Source: a bacterium
GTDB taxonomy: Bacteria; Zixibacteria; MSB-5A5; GN15; FEB-12
Length of the DNA stretch: 64,000 bases
Assembly: GCA_043811375.1 (NCBI GenBank)
Contig: JBDRNJ010000074.1
Location: forward strand, 58,880 to 122,879
Reading direction: 5' to 3'
The notes below the pieces were generated by a model, which saw nothing but the letters and a program-made list of their open reading frames with translations, did not search any database and was not told the DNA's origin. Position 1 is the stretch's first letter, and each line of letters starts with the position of its first letter. Positions 17,935 to 27,582 of the stretch are shown one piece after another. A program made the translations under genes and the position numbers.

Positions 17935-19011
17935 ATGGTAACTTTGAGAGAACTTCTGGAACACATGGTTAAAATGGGAGCCTCCGATTTGCATCTGACA
18001 GTTGGTGCGCCACCGGTCGTCAGAGTGGATGGTAAGCTGCAGCGTCTCAAATACGATTTGCTGACCGCTGAATTAATCAAGAAGCTCTCCTATTCGATGC
18101 TCAACGAAAAACAGAAGCTGAAATTCGAACAAAACTCGGAACTGGATTTCTCCTTTGGTATCGAACAGATGAGTCGCTTTCGATGTAATATGTTCGTTCA
18201 GCGCGGTAACGTCGCTGTAGCTCTGCGCCAGATTCCGTACAAGATCAGATCGTTCGATGAGCTTGGCATGCCCAAGGTCGTCGCCGATTTTTCCCGTCTG
18301 CCGCGTGGGCTGGTGCTGGTTACAGGTCCCACCGGATCAGGCAAGTCCACCACCCTAGCCTCGATAATCGACAAGATCAACAAAGAACGGCCCGTGCATA
18401 TCATCACCGTCGAAGATCCTATCGAGTATTTACACCGCCATCAAACCGCCCTTATCAACCAGCGTGAAGTATACTCGGATACCAGTTCCTTTGCCAGCGC
18501 TCTGAAGTACGCCCTGCGTGAGGACCCTGACGTAGTGCTCGTCGGCGAGATGCGCGACCTGGAAACGATGGAAGCGGCTCTCTCGATTGCTGAAACCGGC
18601 CATCTGGCCTTTGCCACCCTGCACACCAACTCGGCTGCCGAATCGATCAATCGTGTCGTCGATTCCTTCCCGACCAACCAGCAGGAACAGATTCGGATTT
18701 CGCTCTCGTTTTCACTGCAAGCCATCATTTCACAGACACTGATACCCAGGATTGGCGGCGGTCGGTTAGTGGCCATGGAAATTCTGATCTGTACCCCCGC
18801 CATACGCGCCCTCATCCGTGATGACAAGGTTCAGCAGATGTACTCGATGATACAGTCGGGACAAAAATACGGTATGAAAACCATGAATCAGTCGTTGGCC
18901 GAAATGCAGATTTCAGGCAAGATTTCTCTAAATGACGCCATGGCCTACAGCCACAATCCGCAGGAGTTGGGAGAAATGTTGTCGCGTCAGAAAACACCGG
19001 CCTTTTCATAA
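17935..19011 (+). CDS. pilT: Type IV pilus retraction ATPase PilT
   Basis: ASDLHL, GPTGSGKSTT, EDPIE, LREDPD, AETGHL, AIRALIR. Confidence 0.96.
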   Translation: MVTLRELLEHMVKMGASDLHLTVGAPPVVRVDGKLQRLKYDLLTAELIKKLSYSMLNEKQKLKFEQNSELDFSFGIEQMSRFRCNMFVQRGNVAVALRQIPYKIRSFDELGMPKVVADFSRLPRGLVLVTGPTGSGKSTTLASIIDKINKERPVHIITVEDPIEYLHRHQTALINQREVYSDTSSFASALKYALREDPDVVLVGEMRDLETMEAALSIAETGHLAFATLHTNSAAESINRVVDSFPTNQQEQIRISLSFSLQAIISQTLIPRIGGGRLVAMEILICTPAIRALIRDDKVQQMYSMIQSGQKYGMKTMNQSLAEMQISGKISLNDAMAYSHNPQELGEMLSRQKTPAFS

Positions 19012-19038
19012 CCTGAAGGATGAGGAAGGATCAAACTG

Positions 19039-20235
19039 ATGCCAGTTTTTGAATACAAAGGCAAAACCCTCGCGGGAGCTGTCGTACAGGGCCAACTGAA
19101 AGCCAAAGGACGAGAAGACATCGAGCGCGTCCTCAGACAGAACCGCATCATTGCCAAGTCGATCACCAAAAAGGCTCCCGATCTGCAAATCAAGATCGGA
19201 ACTGGAGTCAAAAAGATCGAAGTCTCGCGTTTCACCCGGCAGTTTGCCACCATGATCGGTGCCGGACTACCCATGGTGCAATGCCTGGAGATTCTGGCCA
19301 CACAGCAAGAGAACAAGGCACTAGCCAAAATCATATCCCAGGTAAAAGAAGCGGTGCAGGGAGGTTCCACTCTCTCGGAAGGCCTGGCGCGTCACCCCAA
19401 GATCTTCGATAAACTGTATACCAACATGGTGGAAGCCGGCGAAATCGGCGGTGCCCTGGACGCCATCCTGGTCCGTCTGGCAGTTTACCGCGAGAAGGCT
19501 GACAAACTTGTCCGCAAGGTCAAGGGCGCTATGGTTTATCCCTCAGTCATCATTTTCGTCGCCGCCGCCGTTACCATTGGTATGTTGGCCTTTATTGTAC
19601 CGGTCTTCGCCAAGATGTTCGGCGGACTCGGAGCAGAATTGCCCAAGCCGACTCAGGTGGTGCTGCAAATCTCTAATTTCCTGCAATCGAATTTCCTGTA
19701 TCTGTTCTTCGGAGCTCTCGGCCTGACAGGTGCCTTCCTGTGGTGGAAGAAAACACCTACCGGTGCCCTGATGACCGACCGCACCCTGCTGGTGATGCCG
19801 GTCCTGGGCAACCTGGTACGTAAGTCCTCGGTGGCCCGCTTCACCCGCACCCTGGGAACCCTGCTGTCATCCGGTGTTTCCATTCTCGATGCCCTGGATA
19901 TCACCGCCAAAACTGCCGGCAACCTGGTCATCGCCAACGCTATCAACAAATCGGTGCTGGCTATCGCCGAGGGTGACACGATTACCGGACCCCTGAGAGA
20001 TTCCGGTGTTTTCCCGCCAATGGTCACACAGATGATTGCAGTCGGTGAAAAAACCGGTGGCCTGGACGAGATGCTGTCCAAAATCGCCGACTTCTATGAT
20101 GAAGAAGTAGACGACGCCGTATCGGCCCTGACCTCAGTCATCGAACCGATCATTATCGTGTTTATGGGTGTCATAATCGGCGGTATCCTGGTAGCCATGT
20201 ACCTGCCGATGTTTGACATCATCGGTAAAATTTAG
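19039..20235 (+). CDS. pilC: Type IV pilus platform protein PilC (T2SS F family)
   Basis: FTRQFATMIGAGLP, AGEIGG, VGEKTGGLDEML, EPIIIV...MYLPMF. Confidence 0.96.
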   Translation: MPVFEYKGKTLAGAVVQGQLKAKGREDIERVLRQNRIIAKSITKKAPDLQIKIGTGVKKIEVSRFTRQFATMIGAGLPMVQCLEILATQQENKALAKIISQVKEAVQGGSTLSEGLARHPKIFDKLYTNMVEAGEIGGALDAILVRLAVYREKADKLVRKVKGAMVYPSVIIFVAAAVTIGMLAFIVPVFAKMFGGLGAELPKPTQVVLQISNFLQSNFLYLFFGALGLTGAFLWWKKTPTGALMTDRTLLVMPVLGNLVRKSSVARFTRTLGTLLSSGVSILDALDITAKTAGNLVIANAINKSVLAIAEGDTITGPLRDSGVFPPMVTQMIAVGEKTGGLDEMLSKIADFYDEEVDDAVSALTSVIEPIIIVFMGVIIGGILVAMYLPMFDIIGKI

Positions 20236-20325
20236 GACAGGTGCGGACCACCTTCACAACGAACGAACAAAATAAACATCGACCGGCGGCGCCCCCGGGG
20301 GCGTCGTTGGCGTTTTAGGGCCAAA

Positions 20326-22005
20326 ATGGAACGCCTCAAGCAACTGGGCTGGTTTATCCCGCTGCGGCTGGTTTCTTACATTCTCCTGCTGCTGGTAGTA
20401 GTGTTCTGGATGCAGTTCCCGGAATTCCTGAGACTGTGGTTTGTCGCCTATTCCGGTTTCACCCTGGCGCTGACCCTGTCGTTCGCCTGGAATCGTCACC
20501 GCAAGATGGACCACGTTACCGACACCATCACCGCCCTGCAATTCCTCTTTGAGATCATCCTCGAATCGGGCGTGCTCTACATCACCGGCAACGTCAACTC
20601 ACCCTTTTCAGCCCTGTTCATACTGACCATTGTCTCAGCGGCCCTGACATATCGTCTGGTCGGAACCCTGGTGGTAGCGTCGCTGGTGTCACTGGCTTAC
20701 ACTTTCATTATCTGGCTCGGCTTCGGCGGCAGTACCGACACCGGTCTCTCCCTGCAGGCGTTGAGAACCATATTCGTCAGTCACGACAGCACCTTCTATG
20801 CCATTTTCCTGCACCTGCTGATCTTTTACCTGATTGCCTTCGTCTCCGGCTACCTGGCCGAGCGACTCAAACAGCAGCATCGACAACTGGCCAACACCTC
20901 GCAAGCTCTTAAAAGAGCCCTTCTGGAAACCGACGATATCCTGCTTCGCCTCAGTTCCGGTTTGCTGACCATCGACGCTGAAGGTCGTGTGATTTTTTTC
21001 AACCCGGCTGCGGGTCTGATCCTCGGCTACCGGGAAGAGCAGGTCAGGGGAATGTATTGCGAAGAGGTGTTTGCCGAACGCATGCCCAGTCTGGCATGTC
21101 ACCTTATGGACGGCATCCGTCACGGTATCGCTCACCCCCGAGAGGAAATCGACATCCTGAACAACGACCTGGCGATAGTCCCCCTCGGTCTCTCCACTTC
21201 CATCCTGACTGAAGAAAACCATGAACTGCGGGGTGTTATTGCCATTTTCTCCGACCTGACCGAGGCCAAACAGATGGAGGCCAAGATCCGCGCCGCTGAC
21301 AGGCTGTCCGCCGTCGGCGAACTCTCGGCGTCAATCGCTCACGAAATCCGCAATCCGCTGGCATCAATCTCCGGTTCCGTCGAGGTACTCAGGAACGAAC
21401 TGGAAGTTTCAGCGGATAATGCCCGCCTGATGGATCTGATCGTCAAGGAGTCACACCGCCTCAGCCGCATCCTCAGCGAGTTTCTTCAGTACGCCCGGAT
21501 CGACCGGCCCACCTACAGCAAGGTCGAACTATGCCACATCATTAATGAGGTAATCCGGATCCTCCACCACCATGAATCGTTCACTCCCGATATTCGAGTA
21601 AACTTCGAAACCGAGGAATCTATCATTTACGTCGTGGGCGATGAAGACCTGATCAAACAACTACTGCTGAATTTGGCGGTTAACGCCTGCGAAGCCATTG
21701 CCGACCGGTCCGGCGAACTAACCTTCCGCCTGGCAGTCAACGCCACCCCCGACACAGTGGAGTTGTACGTTCGGGACAATGGCGCCGGAATGACCGAGAA
21801 CGTTCTCAAAAAGGTCTACCATCCCTTTTATTCCACCAAGAAAGAGGGGACCGGCCTGGGGTTGTCAGTGGTGCACCGCATCGGCTCAGCCCTCAAGCTC
21901 AACATCAATGTTGACTCTCAACCGGGTGAAGGCACCACCTTCCTGGTCGAGTTTCAACAGTACCGTCAGACGACATCGGAAGGCATCGCCGCCCTCACGG
22001 GATAA
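20326..22005 (+). CDS. pilS: PilS-like sensor histidine kinase (TM-PAS-HisKA-HATPase)
   Basis: TGNVNSPFSALF TM motif, PAS, AHEIRNPL H-box, N/G boxes; position after pilC. Confidence 0.85.
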   Translation: MERLKQLGWFIPLRLVSYILLLLVVVFWMQFPEFLRLWFVAYSGFTLALTLSFAWNRHRKMDHVTDTITALQFLFEIILESGVLYITGNVNSPFSALFILTIVSAALTYRLVGTLVVASLVSLAYTFIIWLGFGGSTDTGLSLQALRTIFVSHDSTFYAIFLHLLIFYLIAFVSGYLAERLKQQHRQLANTSQALKRALLETDDILLRLSSGLLTIDAEGRVIFFNPAAGLILGYREEQVRGMYCEEVFAERMPSLACHLMDGIRHGIAHPREEIDILNNDLAIVPLGLSTSILTEENHELRGVIAIFSDLTEAKQMEAKIRAADRLSAVGELSASIAHEIRNPLASISGSVEVLRNELEVSADNARLMDLIVKESHRLSRILSEFLQYARIDRPTYSKVELCHIINEVIRILHHHESFTPDIRVNFETEESIIYVVGDEDLIKQLLLNLAVNACEAIADRSGELTFRLAVNATPDTVELYVRDNGAGMTENVLKKVYHPFYSTKKEGTGLGLSVVHRIGSALKLNINVDSQPGEGTTFLVEFQQYRQTTSEGIAALTG

Positions 22006-22020
22006 ACCCCACCTGTGGGT

Positions 22021-23373
22021 CTATCGTCCAACCCGGTAGATGCTCACATGGGGGTCGATATAAGCTCTCTCACAGGGAAACCTGATTTGCGGGAAGTACT
22101 TCTTCTCCACCGGCCCATAGAAAATGTAATCGACCTGATTAAAACATTCTTGCCGGTCGAACACCTGAATGGCCGTGTCGCCCCGCGCTCGCCAGTTCAG
22201 CCCCAGGTGGGCCAGGTGCCCGGCATACCCTATGTAGACCGGCCGTCGATCCATGATCAGCGCCAGGTCGGCGCCATCGGGCATCAGCGCCAGGAAGCGG
22301 TCGGTTCTGTCGGTATGCAGTTCGATAAACGTGAAGGCGTCCCGTAACCGATCATCGTACCGTGGGAAATACATCCCCGTTGTCGGTGAATACTTGCCGT
22401 AGGAAACATACAGGAAGCTGATAAATATAACGGCCACAACTGCCGCGGTTATACGGCCGGTCGCAGTAATCCTTTCGCTACCGGATGCGACGATTAATGC
22501 TCCGGCAAAGTAGATCATGAATACGGGAAAGAACGGATTGTAGTGAATGAGCATCCCGAAACCAACCGCTATGGCCAGAAGTATCGTCATCCGTCGCTGC
22601 CGGAACAGGAACGAAAGAATGATAAACGGCGCCGCGTGCTTCAGCACCTCCCACGGATCAAAACCAAACCCTTCCGTAAACAGGAAGTAAATCGGCTTGT
22701 GCACCACCTCCGATGATATTACCAGCGATGCCACCGCCATCCCGACCAGCGACGACAGCAGCAGGTACATATCTTCCCGTTTTCTCTGAAACAGGAATAT
22801 CACGAACAGGAACGGCACCACCATCAGCATCATATAGCCGTTAATCAGCGCCGCCCCAAAAACACAGACCATCCGCAGCCACTGACGTTTACTGAACAGC
22901 GCTGCCGTCACCAGCAGAAAAAACGGCAGGTGCGTAAACCCGCGCGCTATGAAATCCACCCCCAGGGCGTTGATTTCTGCCGCCGGTGTCGATGAGGCAA
23001 ACATGATTACCAGCGCCGGACCGAATCTTTCAGGGAAAAATCTCCACAACATCAGTCCCATCAGCACCAGGTAGATAACATTGAGGATCCTGATAGCGTT
23101 GTACGGGTTCACCAGCGGCGTCAGCAGAGCCACCGGATAGAACTGAAGATACGGCTGGGTCAGTTTGGCTCCGGCAAAAGCCGGGTTCTCCGGTGGAAAA
23201 TGGTTCAGCAGTGAATTGGCAATAGCCGCGTAGTAAAGGAAATCAACATCGGCCGGGGCGTCATAGATGTAGCGATCATTGTCGGTATCATACGTCCCGA
23301 TCCACAGTTGCCCGGCGACATAAAGCAACACCAGGGCCACAAAAATCGCGAGATTGAACCATTTGCTTCGCAT
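22021..23373 (-). CDS. Polytopic membrane protein, possibly GT-C-fold glycosyltransferase-like
   Basis: TM1 followed by a loop with an acidic motif (DVDFLYY), many TMs, soluble C-terminal domain (RRPVYIGYAGH...VDYIFYGPVEK). Confidence 0.5.
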   Translation of the reverse strand: MRSKWFNLAIFVALVLLYVAGQLWIGTYDTDNDRYIYDAPADVDFLYYAAIANSLLNHFPPENPAFAGAKLTQPYLQFYPVALLTPLVNPYNAIRILNVIYLVLMGLMLWRFFPERFGPALVIMFASSTPAAEINALGVDFIARGFTHLPFFLLVTAALFSKRQWLRMVCVFGAALINGYMMLMVVPFLFVIFLFQRKREDMYLLLSSLVGMAVASLVISSEVVHKPIYFLFTEGFGFDPWEVLKHAAPFIILSFLFRQRRMTILLAIAVGFGMLIHYNPFFPVFMIYFAGALIVASGSERITATGRITAAVVAVIFISFLYVSYGKYSPTTGMYFPRYDDRLRDAFTFIELHTDRTDRFLALMPDGADLALIMDRRPVYIGYAGHLAHLGLNWRARGDTAIQVFDRQECFNQVDYIFYGPVEKKYFPQIRFPCERAYIDPHVSIYRVGR

Positions 23374-23388
23374 GGTAATCGAATACCG

Positions 23389-24690
23389 CTACCGCTTGTA
23401 CTCCCTTACAAACTCCATCCGCTTTTTGAGGGCCGGGTGGCCGTAGAACCAGAACTCAATCAGCCAGTGCGGATCGGGATCGGACAGATTATACACCGAC
23501 AGCTTGTCAAATGCAATCGCCGCCGACTCACCTGAGACCTGCGAGATATCCAACCCGTAGATATCGCACTGGTGCTCTATGTACCGGCTCCAGCCGTTGG
23601 TCACCGGCTGAAACACGAATGAAATGATCGTCACGAAAATCATTACCAGCGGCAGCGACGCCACGTCCGCCAACCGATCAATCCGGAAGCGTCCTCGGAA
23701 GCGTTTTATGACAGCGTGGATAGTCCGGTTCATCAACCACAACGCAAAGGCGATGAACACCACCGCCACCAGCAGCCCCCACCAGACATGGTTCATCACG
23801 TAATGTCCCATCTCGTGCCCCATGACGAACTTGATTTCATCGGTCTCGAAGTTGTCGATCATAGTATCGTACAGCACAATCCGCTTGGTTCCGAACAGGC
23901 CGGTGACGTAAGCATTGATCTTGGTCGACTGTTTGGAGGCGTTGACCTGAAATACGTCGGAACCTTCGATACCGGCTTGGGATGCCAGCGCCAGTATTTC
24001 GGACTCCAGTTGCTTGTCCTTCAGCGGCTCATACTTGTTAAACAACGGCGAAATCACCACCGGCGCAATGACGATAAAGAAAACCAGAAATGGTATCGCC
24101 CCGATTGAAAACCACAGCCACCACCTGCGGAACCTGGCCACCGCCCGGTAAAAGAACCAAACCGGGATGATTCCGATTACGGCCCCGATCAGCAGACCCA
24201 GCAGATCCTCTCCCCACCACTCGATAAACGTCTGGTTTATGAAACCGTAATCGCTCTCCACCATGAAACTACGGTATATGTGTAAAGGAAGATTGAGAAT
24301 GTAATCAGCCAGGAGAAACAATACCCAGAACAACCACAGTATCAGGAATTTGTGCCGGGCGACACCGGCCCAGTTGCGTATCTTGGCCGAGAAGCCGGTA
24401 AACAGCAAAAGGCAGAGCACACCGATAGAGACAAAAAAGCCGACAAACCGCCAGATGTTATTGAACTGCGAATAAGAGACAAGCCTCTCTTTGCGCTCAG
24501 CCGACATCGGGTACAACGGCTCTTCGACTGTCGTCCCGGCTTCCACCTGAGCGACAGTATCAACAGCCGCGGAGTCTAACGACGTAATCACACTGTCGAC
24601 GAAATCTGATACAGCCGCATCACCGAAGGCGCACGGTACCAGTATGAGCACAAGCAGCAGTGCTGTTGACGCAATCTTAAATCTTGTCAC
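23389..24690 (-). CDS. M48 (Ste24-like) membrane zinc metallopeptidase
   Basis: INAYVTGLFGTKRIVLYDT, HEMGH, EHQCD, HP motifs; GTG start with GGAG RBS. Confidence 0.92.
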   Translation of the reverse strand: MTRFKIASTALLLVLILVPCAFGDAAVSDFVDSVITSLDSAAVDTVAQVEAGTTVEEPLYPMSAERKERLVSYSQFNNIWRFVGFFVSIGVLCLLLFTGFSAKIRNWAGVARHKFLILWLFWVLFLLADYILNLPLHIYRSFMVESDYGFINQTFIEWWGEDLLGLLIGAVIGIIPVWFFYRAVARFRRWWLWFSIGAIPFLVFFIVIAPVVISPLFNKYEPLKDKQLESEILALASQAGIEGSDVFQVNASKQSTKINAYVTGLFGTKRIVLYDTMIDNFETDEIKFVMGHEMGHYVMNHVWWGLLVAVVFIAFALWLMNRTIHAVIKRFRGRFRIDRLADVASLPLVMIFVTIISFVFQPVTNGWSRYIEHQCDIYGLDISQVSGESAAIAFDKLSVYNLSDPDPHWLIEFWFYGHPALKKRMEFVREYKR

Positions 24691-24707
24691 GTATTTCTCC
24701 GTTTTCT

Positions 24708-24735
24708 TGTCGAAGGCACAGTGGATTTGACCTAC
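24708..24735 (-). repeat. GTAG-type REP-like imperfect palindrome
   Basis: Minus strand GTAG-GTCAAATCCAC-T-GTGCCTTCGAC-A; same 28-nt frame as the 27583-27610 copy. Confidence 0.4.
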
Positions 24736-25139
24736 AATCCTGATTGCCTTTCGAAGTCCCGAATTACCATCGCAAAGCCGGGTTTCAATCCCAGTGGCGA
24801 ATAGAAGGTCTCCAGTTCGCGATCAGTGAGCAGATCGATCATGTAAAGCCCGCGCAGCTTTTCCAACATCCGCCGCATCAATTCCTTGCCAATCCCCTGA
24901 CCCTGGTAATCCGGCAGCACTTCCAACAGCGGCATGTAGGCGCTCAGCACACCGTCGCTGATTGCCGTTATGAAACCGACCACCCGGTCGGACTTGTCAT
25001 CGATGGCCATTACTACATGGTCGGAGCCGGCTAGAATCCTCAGGTGAGTCTCAGCCGAGGGCGGATTGGGCCAGCCGACAAAAAAGCCCTGGAGCCGGTC
25101 GGCGGTTACACCGTCAATCGAATCGACATAGGCTGCCAA
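24732..25139 (-). CDS. GNAT family N-acetyltransferase
   Basis: LEVLPDYQGQGIG acetyl-CoA motif; FYSPLG. Confidence 0.92.
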   Translation of the reverse strand: MAAYVDSIDGVTADRLQGFFVGWPNPPSAETHLRILAGSDHVVMAIDDKSDRVVGFITAISDGVLSAYMPLLEVLPDYQGQGIGKELMRRMLEKLRGLYMIDLLTDRELETFYSPLGLKPGFAMVIRDFERQSGL

Positions 25140-25148
25140 AACATGCTC

Positions 25149-25517
25149 CTAATCCTCTTCCATCGACAGACACTCGTACACCTGTACACTGGAGCCGTCG
25201 TCGAACAGAATGGGTGCCTCCATAATAGCACGTATACTGTCGGGCGTGATGATATCGGGATCATAGGTAAAGATCACGCGACGATCGGCCGCGTAGGTCA
25301 CTATCCCATTGACTCCGGGAACGTTTTCATAGAGCGACGTCAAGAACCGGGCGGTTCCTTTGCACCTGACCCCGGCTACGGTACACTCGAGTTTTTTCCC
25401 TTCACCGGTTCCCTGCGTAACGACGGTCGACGGCTTAGTAAATGCCGTGCGCAGAAAGTACCCGCTGAACAGGGCGATAACAACCAACACCGGAACAATA
25501 AGTTTTGGAACGTTCAT
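25149..25517 (-). CDS. Membrane-anchored/exported HMA-like domain protein (CxxT)
   Basis: N-terminal TM; VAGVRCKGT...VPGV...YDPDIITPDSIRAI pattern. Confidence 0.6.
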   Translation of the reverse strand: MNVPKLIVPVLVVIALFSGYFLRTAFTKPSTVVTQGTGEGKKLECTVAGVRCKGTARFLTSLYENVPGVNGIVTYAADRRVIFTYDPDIITPDSIRAIMEAPILFDDGSSVQVYECLSMEED

Positions 25518-25526
25518 GATATTCCT

Positions 25527-26297
25527 CTACAAGTTCGCCTGAACGCTGAGAACCTCGTCCTCCGGACAAGCATCCACACACTCCAGACAGTTGGTACAAT
25601 CACGATGCCTCACCCGGCGCAGCTCCGGCACCGGAATATCGTACGGGCAGGCGGTTTGACATTCGCCACAGTCGGTGCAGCCTTCCTCATCTCTGGATAT
25701 TTTGACTAAACCCAGACGACTGAACGGGTCGAGCACGGCACCCATCGGGCACAAATAACGACAGAAAAACATCGGTATCACCAGGGCTCCCAGAGTGAGA
25801 ACGATAAGCACCACGTATGATACGATGCCGACTGTACCGTGGCCGAATCCCGAGAAGATAAGATAGTAAGGATCATAACCGCGCAGGATGAGTTCGCCCG
25901 CTCGATAAGTAAGAACGAGAAATAGGACCAGCACCACGTACCGAAGAATCTTCAGGACACCGTTGAGGCGGGCTCCGGGATGAAGCCTTCTTTTAACAAT
26001 CAATTCCCCCGCTCGACCACAGAGTTCACCCAGAAACCCAATCGGGCAGGCCCACCCGCAAAATGACTTTTTGGAGAGCAGGGCGAGCACAATCAGAGCC
26101 ACGAACATTGAAAGATTCAGGGGGCCCAGTGCGCAACTGAACTCGCCATCTGTAAACAACCCCCAGAGGCTCTCCGCTCCGCCAAACGGACAGTAGGCCT
26201 CGAATGTTCGGACCCCGAATCCGAGCGCCAGGTATACTACCATTCCCAGTATTACGGTCATTAGACTATAACGGATATATCTTACTTTCATCGACAA
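25527..26297 (-). CDS. NapH/MauN-like membrane 4Fe-4S protein
   Basis: CPFG, FCGWACPIG, FCRYLCPMG; two CxxCxxCxxxCP motifs. Confidence 0.9.
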   Translation of the reverse strand: MSMKVRYIRYSLMTVILGMVVYLALGFGVRTFEAYCPFGGAESLWGLFTDGEFSCALGPLNLSMFVALIVLALLSKKSFCGWACPIGFLGELCGRAGELIVKRRLHPGARLNGVLKILRYVVLVLFLVLTYRAGELILRGYDPYYLIFSGFGHGTVGIVSYVVLIVLTLGALVIPMFFCRYLCPMGAVLDPFSRLGLVKISRDEEGCTDCGECQTACPYDIPVPELRRVRHRDCTNCLECVDACPEDEVLSVQANL

Positions 26298-26346
26298 ACG
26301 TGATCCTCTTTTTCTTGTCCATTTCTCTTTCGGTCCTCACATAATA

Positions 26347-26438
26347 ACGTCAGGACACCCTCCCGTCAAGATCGGGAGCAGGACCTGACGTAATGTAAGC
26401 AGTCGTAGTTGGTAGGGCCCCAAGTGGGCTTGACCTAT
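26347..26438. repeat. Two REP-like hairpins
   Basis: ACGTCAGG..CTCCCG-loop-CGGGAG..CCTGACGT (26347-26391) and GTAGGGCCCCAAGTGGGCTTGACCTAT (26412-26438). Confidence 0.45.
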
Positions 26439-26469
26439 CCGAACTGAGGATCTCCCAGCTCGAATTAAC

Positions 26470-27513
26470 TTACAGGTCTTTTCTGCTGAAGCGGTCTATG
26501 GCTGCCCAAGCTAATTTCTCAAGGATGCCTCGCCAGGACCGACAAACAGAAGTTTCGTCCAAGATTGAATCTGTATGAATCGACAGGCGATAGCCATACT
26601 TAGCATGAACTATAGAGTTTCTGAACATGTACAGTGTTGTGGCAAGAATATCTGCGTCGTCTTTAGCGATAAGACTAGCCTCAAGCGCTCGGTTTAGCAA
26701 CACTCCATCTGCGAGCCCTTTGATCAATCGCTCTAATGGAATCCTTTCACTACTTGTTAGCATTGTGGCAGCTTTAGTGAGAAATTCACGATCACTCATA
26801 GATTTGTCACAGCGTAAATGTGAGAATTCTCTTTCTTGCTCAAAAAATGCGTAATATTCAAGCACCCGGTAGTATTGGATGCACGCCGAACAATCATCCA
26901 TATCACGGCTTGCATAGCAAAAAAGACGAAGAGGGATAAGCTCGTTCACTGCTGGAAGCAGGGAATCCCTTTCCTTAATTGTTGGTCTTTCTTCTTCAGG
27001 TTGAAGCTCGTCACACCAATCCTCAGGCACTTTGATCGAAAATACGTTTAACGTTATTTTGAATCTCTGAAAGTATCGAATCAAAAAGTTCAGTAGATAT
27101 GCCTCTACTAACTCAGGGGGAATTCCTAAAATACGCACACTAGCTACACAATCCCAATCCCCAAAATAGTTGTTATCAAAGTAACTATCGAAAAGGTAGA
27201 TTCCAAGGGGTGTAACTTCCCCTACTGACGCTCCTGCTCTTCCAAGTTTACACTCGTAGTACTTCGGGGGATTGGAGACAAAGAATTCGTGGAACTGCCC
27301 TAAAGAATAACCTTGCCGGCCATGTGGTTTGAAGCCGGGAGTTTTTTTCATAACCTCTTCAAGGTTAGGGTAGATTTCTTTTGATGAGAAGACACTTAGA
27401 CCAAGCAGAGGCCAGCAAATCTCACAGAGTGTTTCACCCTTTTTGAAATCAAGATGCTCATCGTACCAGCTAGGAGGCTCAAACTTAGTTGGTATAGTAG
27501 TCATGGTCAACAA
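26470..27513 (-). CDS. AT-rich hypothetical protein with a C-terminal HEPN-like domain
   Basis: YYRVLEYY...LYMFRNSIVHAK (RxxxxH); composition visibly more AT-rich than the flanks. Confidence 0.6.
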   Translation of the reverse strand: MLTMTTIPTKFEPPSWYDEHLDFKKGETLCEICWPLLGLSVFSSKEIYPNLEEVMKKTPGFKPHGRQGYSLGQFHEFFVSNPPKYYECKLGRAGASVGEVTPLGIYLFDSYFDNNYFGDWDCVASVRILGIPPELVEAYLLNFLIRYFQRFKITLNVFSIKVPEDWCDELQPEEERPTIKERDSLLPAVNELIPLRLFCYASRDMDDCSACIQYYRVLEYYAFFEQEREFSHLRCDKSMSDREFLTKAATMLTSSERIPLERLIKGLADGVLLNRALEASLIAKDDADILATTLYMFRNSIVHAKYGYRLSIHTDSILDETSVCRSWRGILEKLAWAAIDRFSRKDL

Positions 27514-27582
27514 TATGCTTTGGGTTTACATGATCGTGGCTGCGCCAGCAGATCAAACTTATGTGGGGCTTGACTTTCATTT

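Noticed and set aside
25149..26297. Selenocysteine or stop read-through in the redox pair
   Set aside because: No in-frame TGA at Cys-motif positions; both ORFs are complete and end in TAG.
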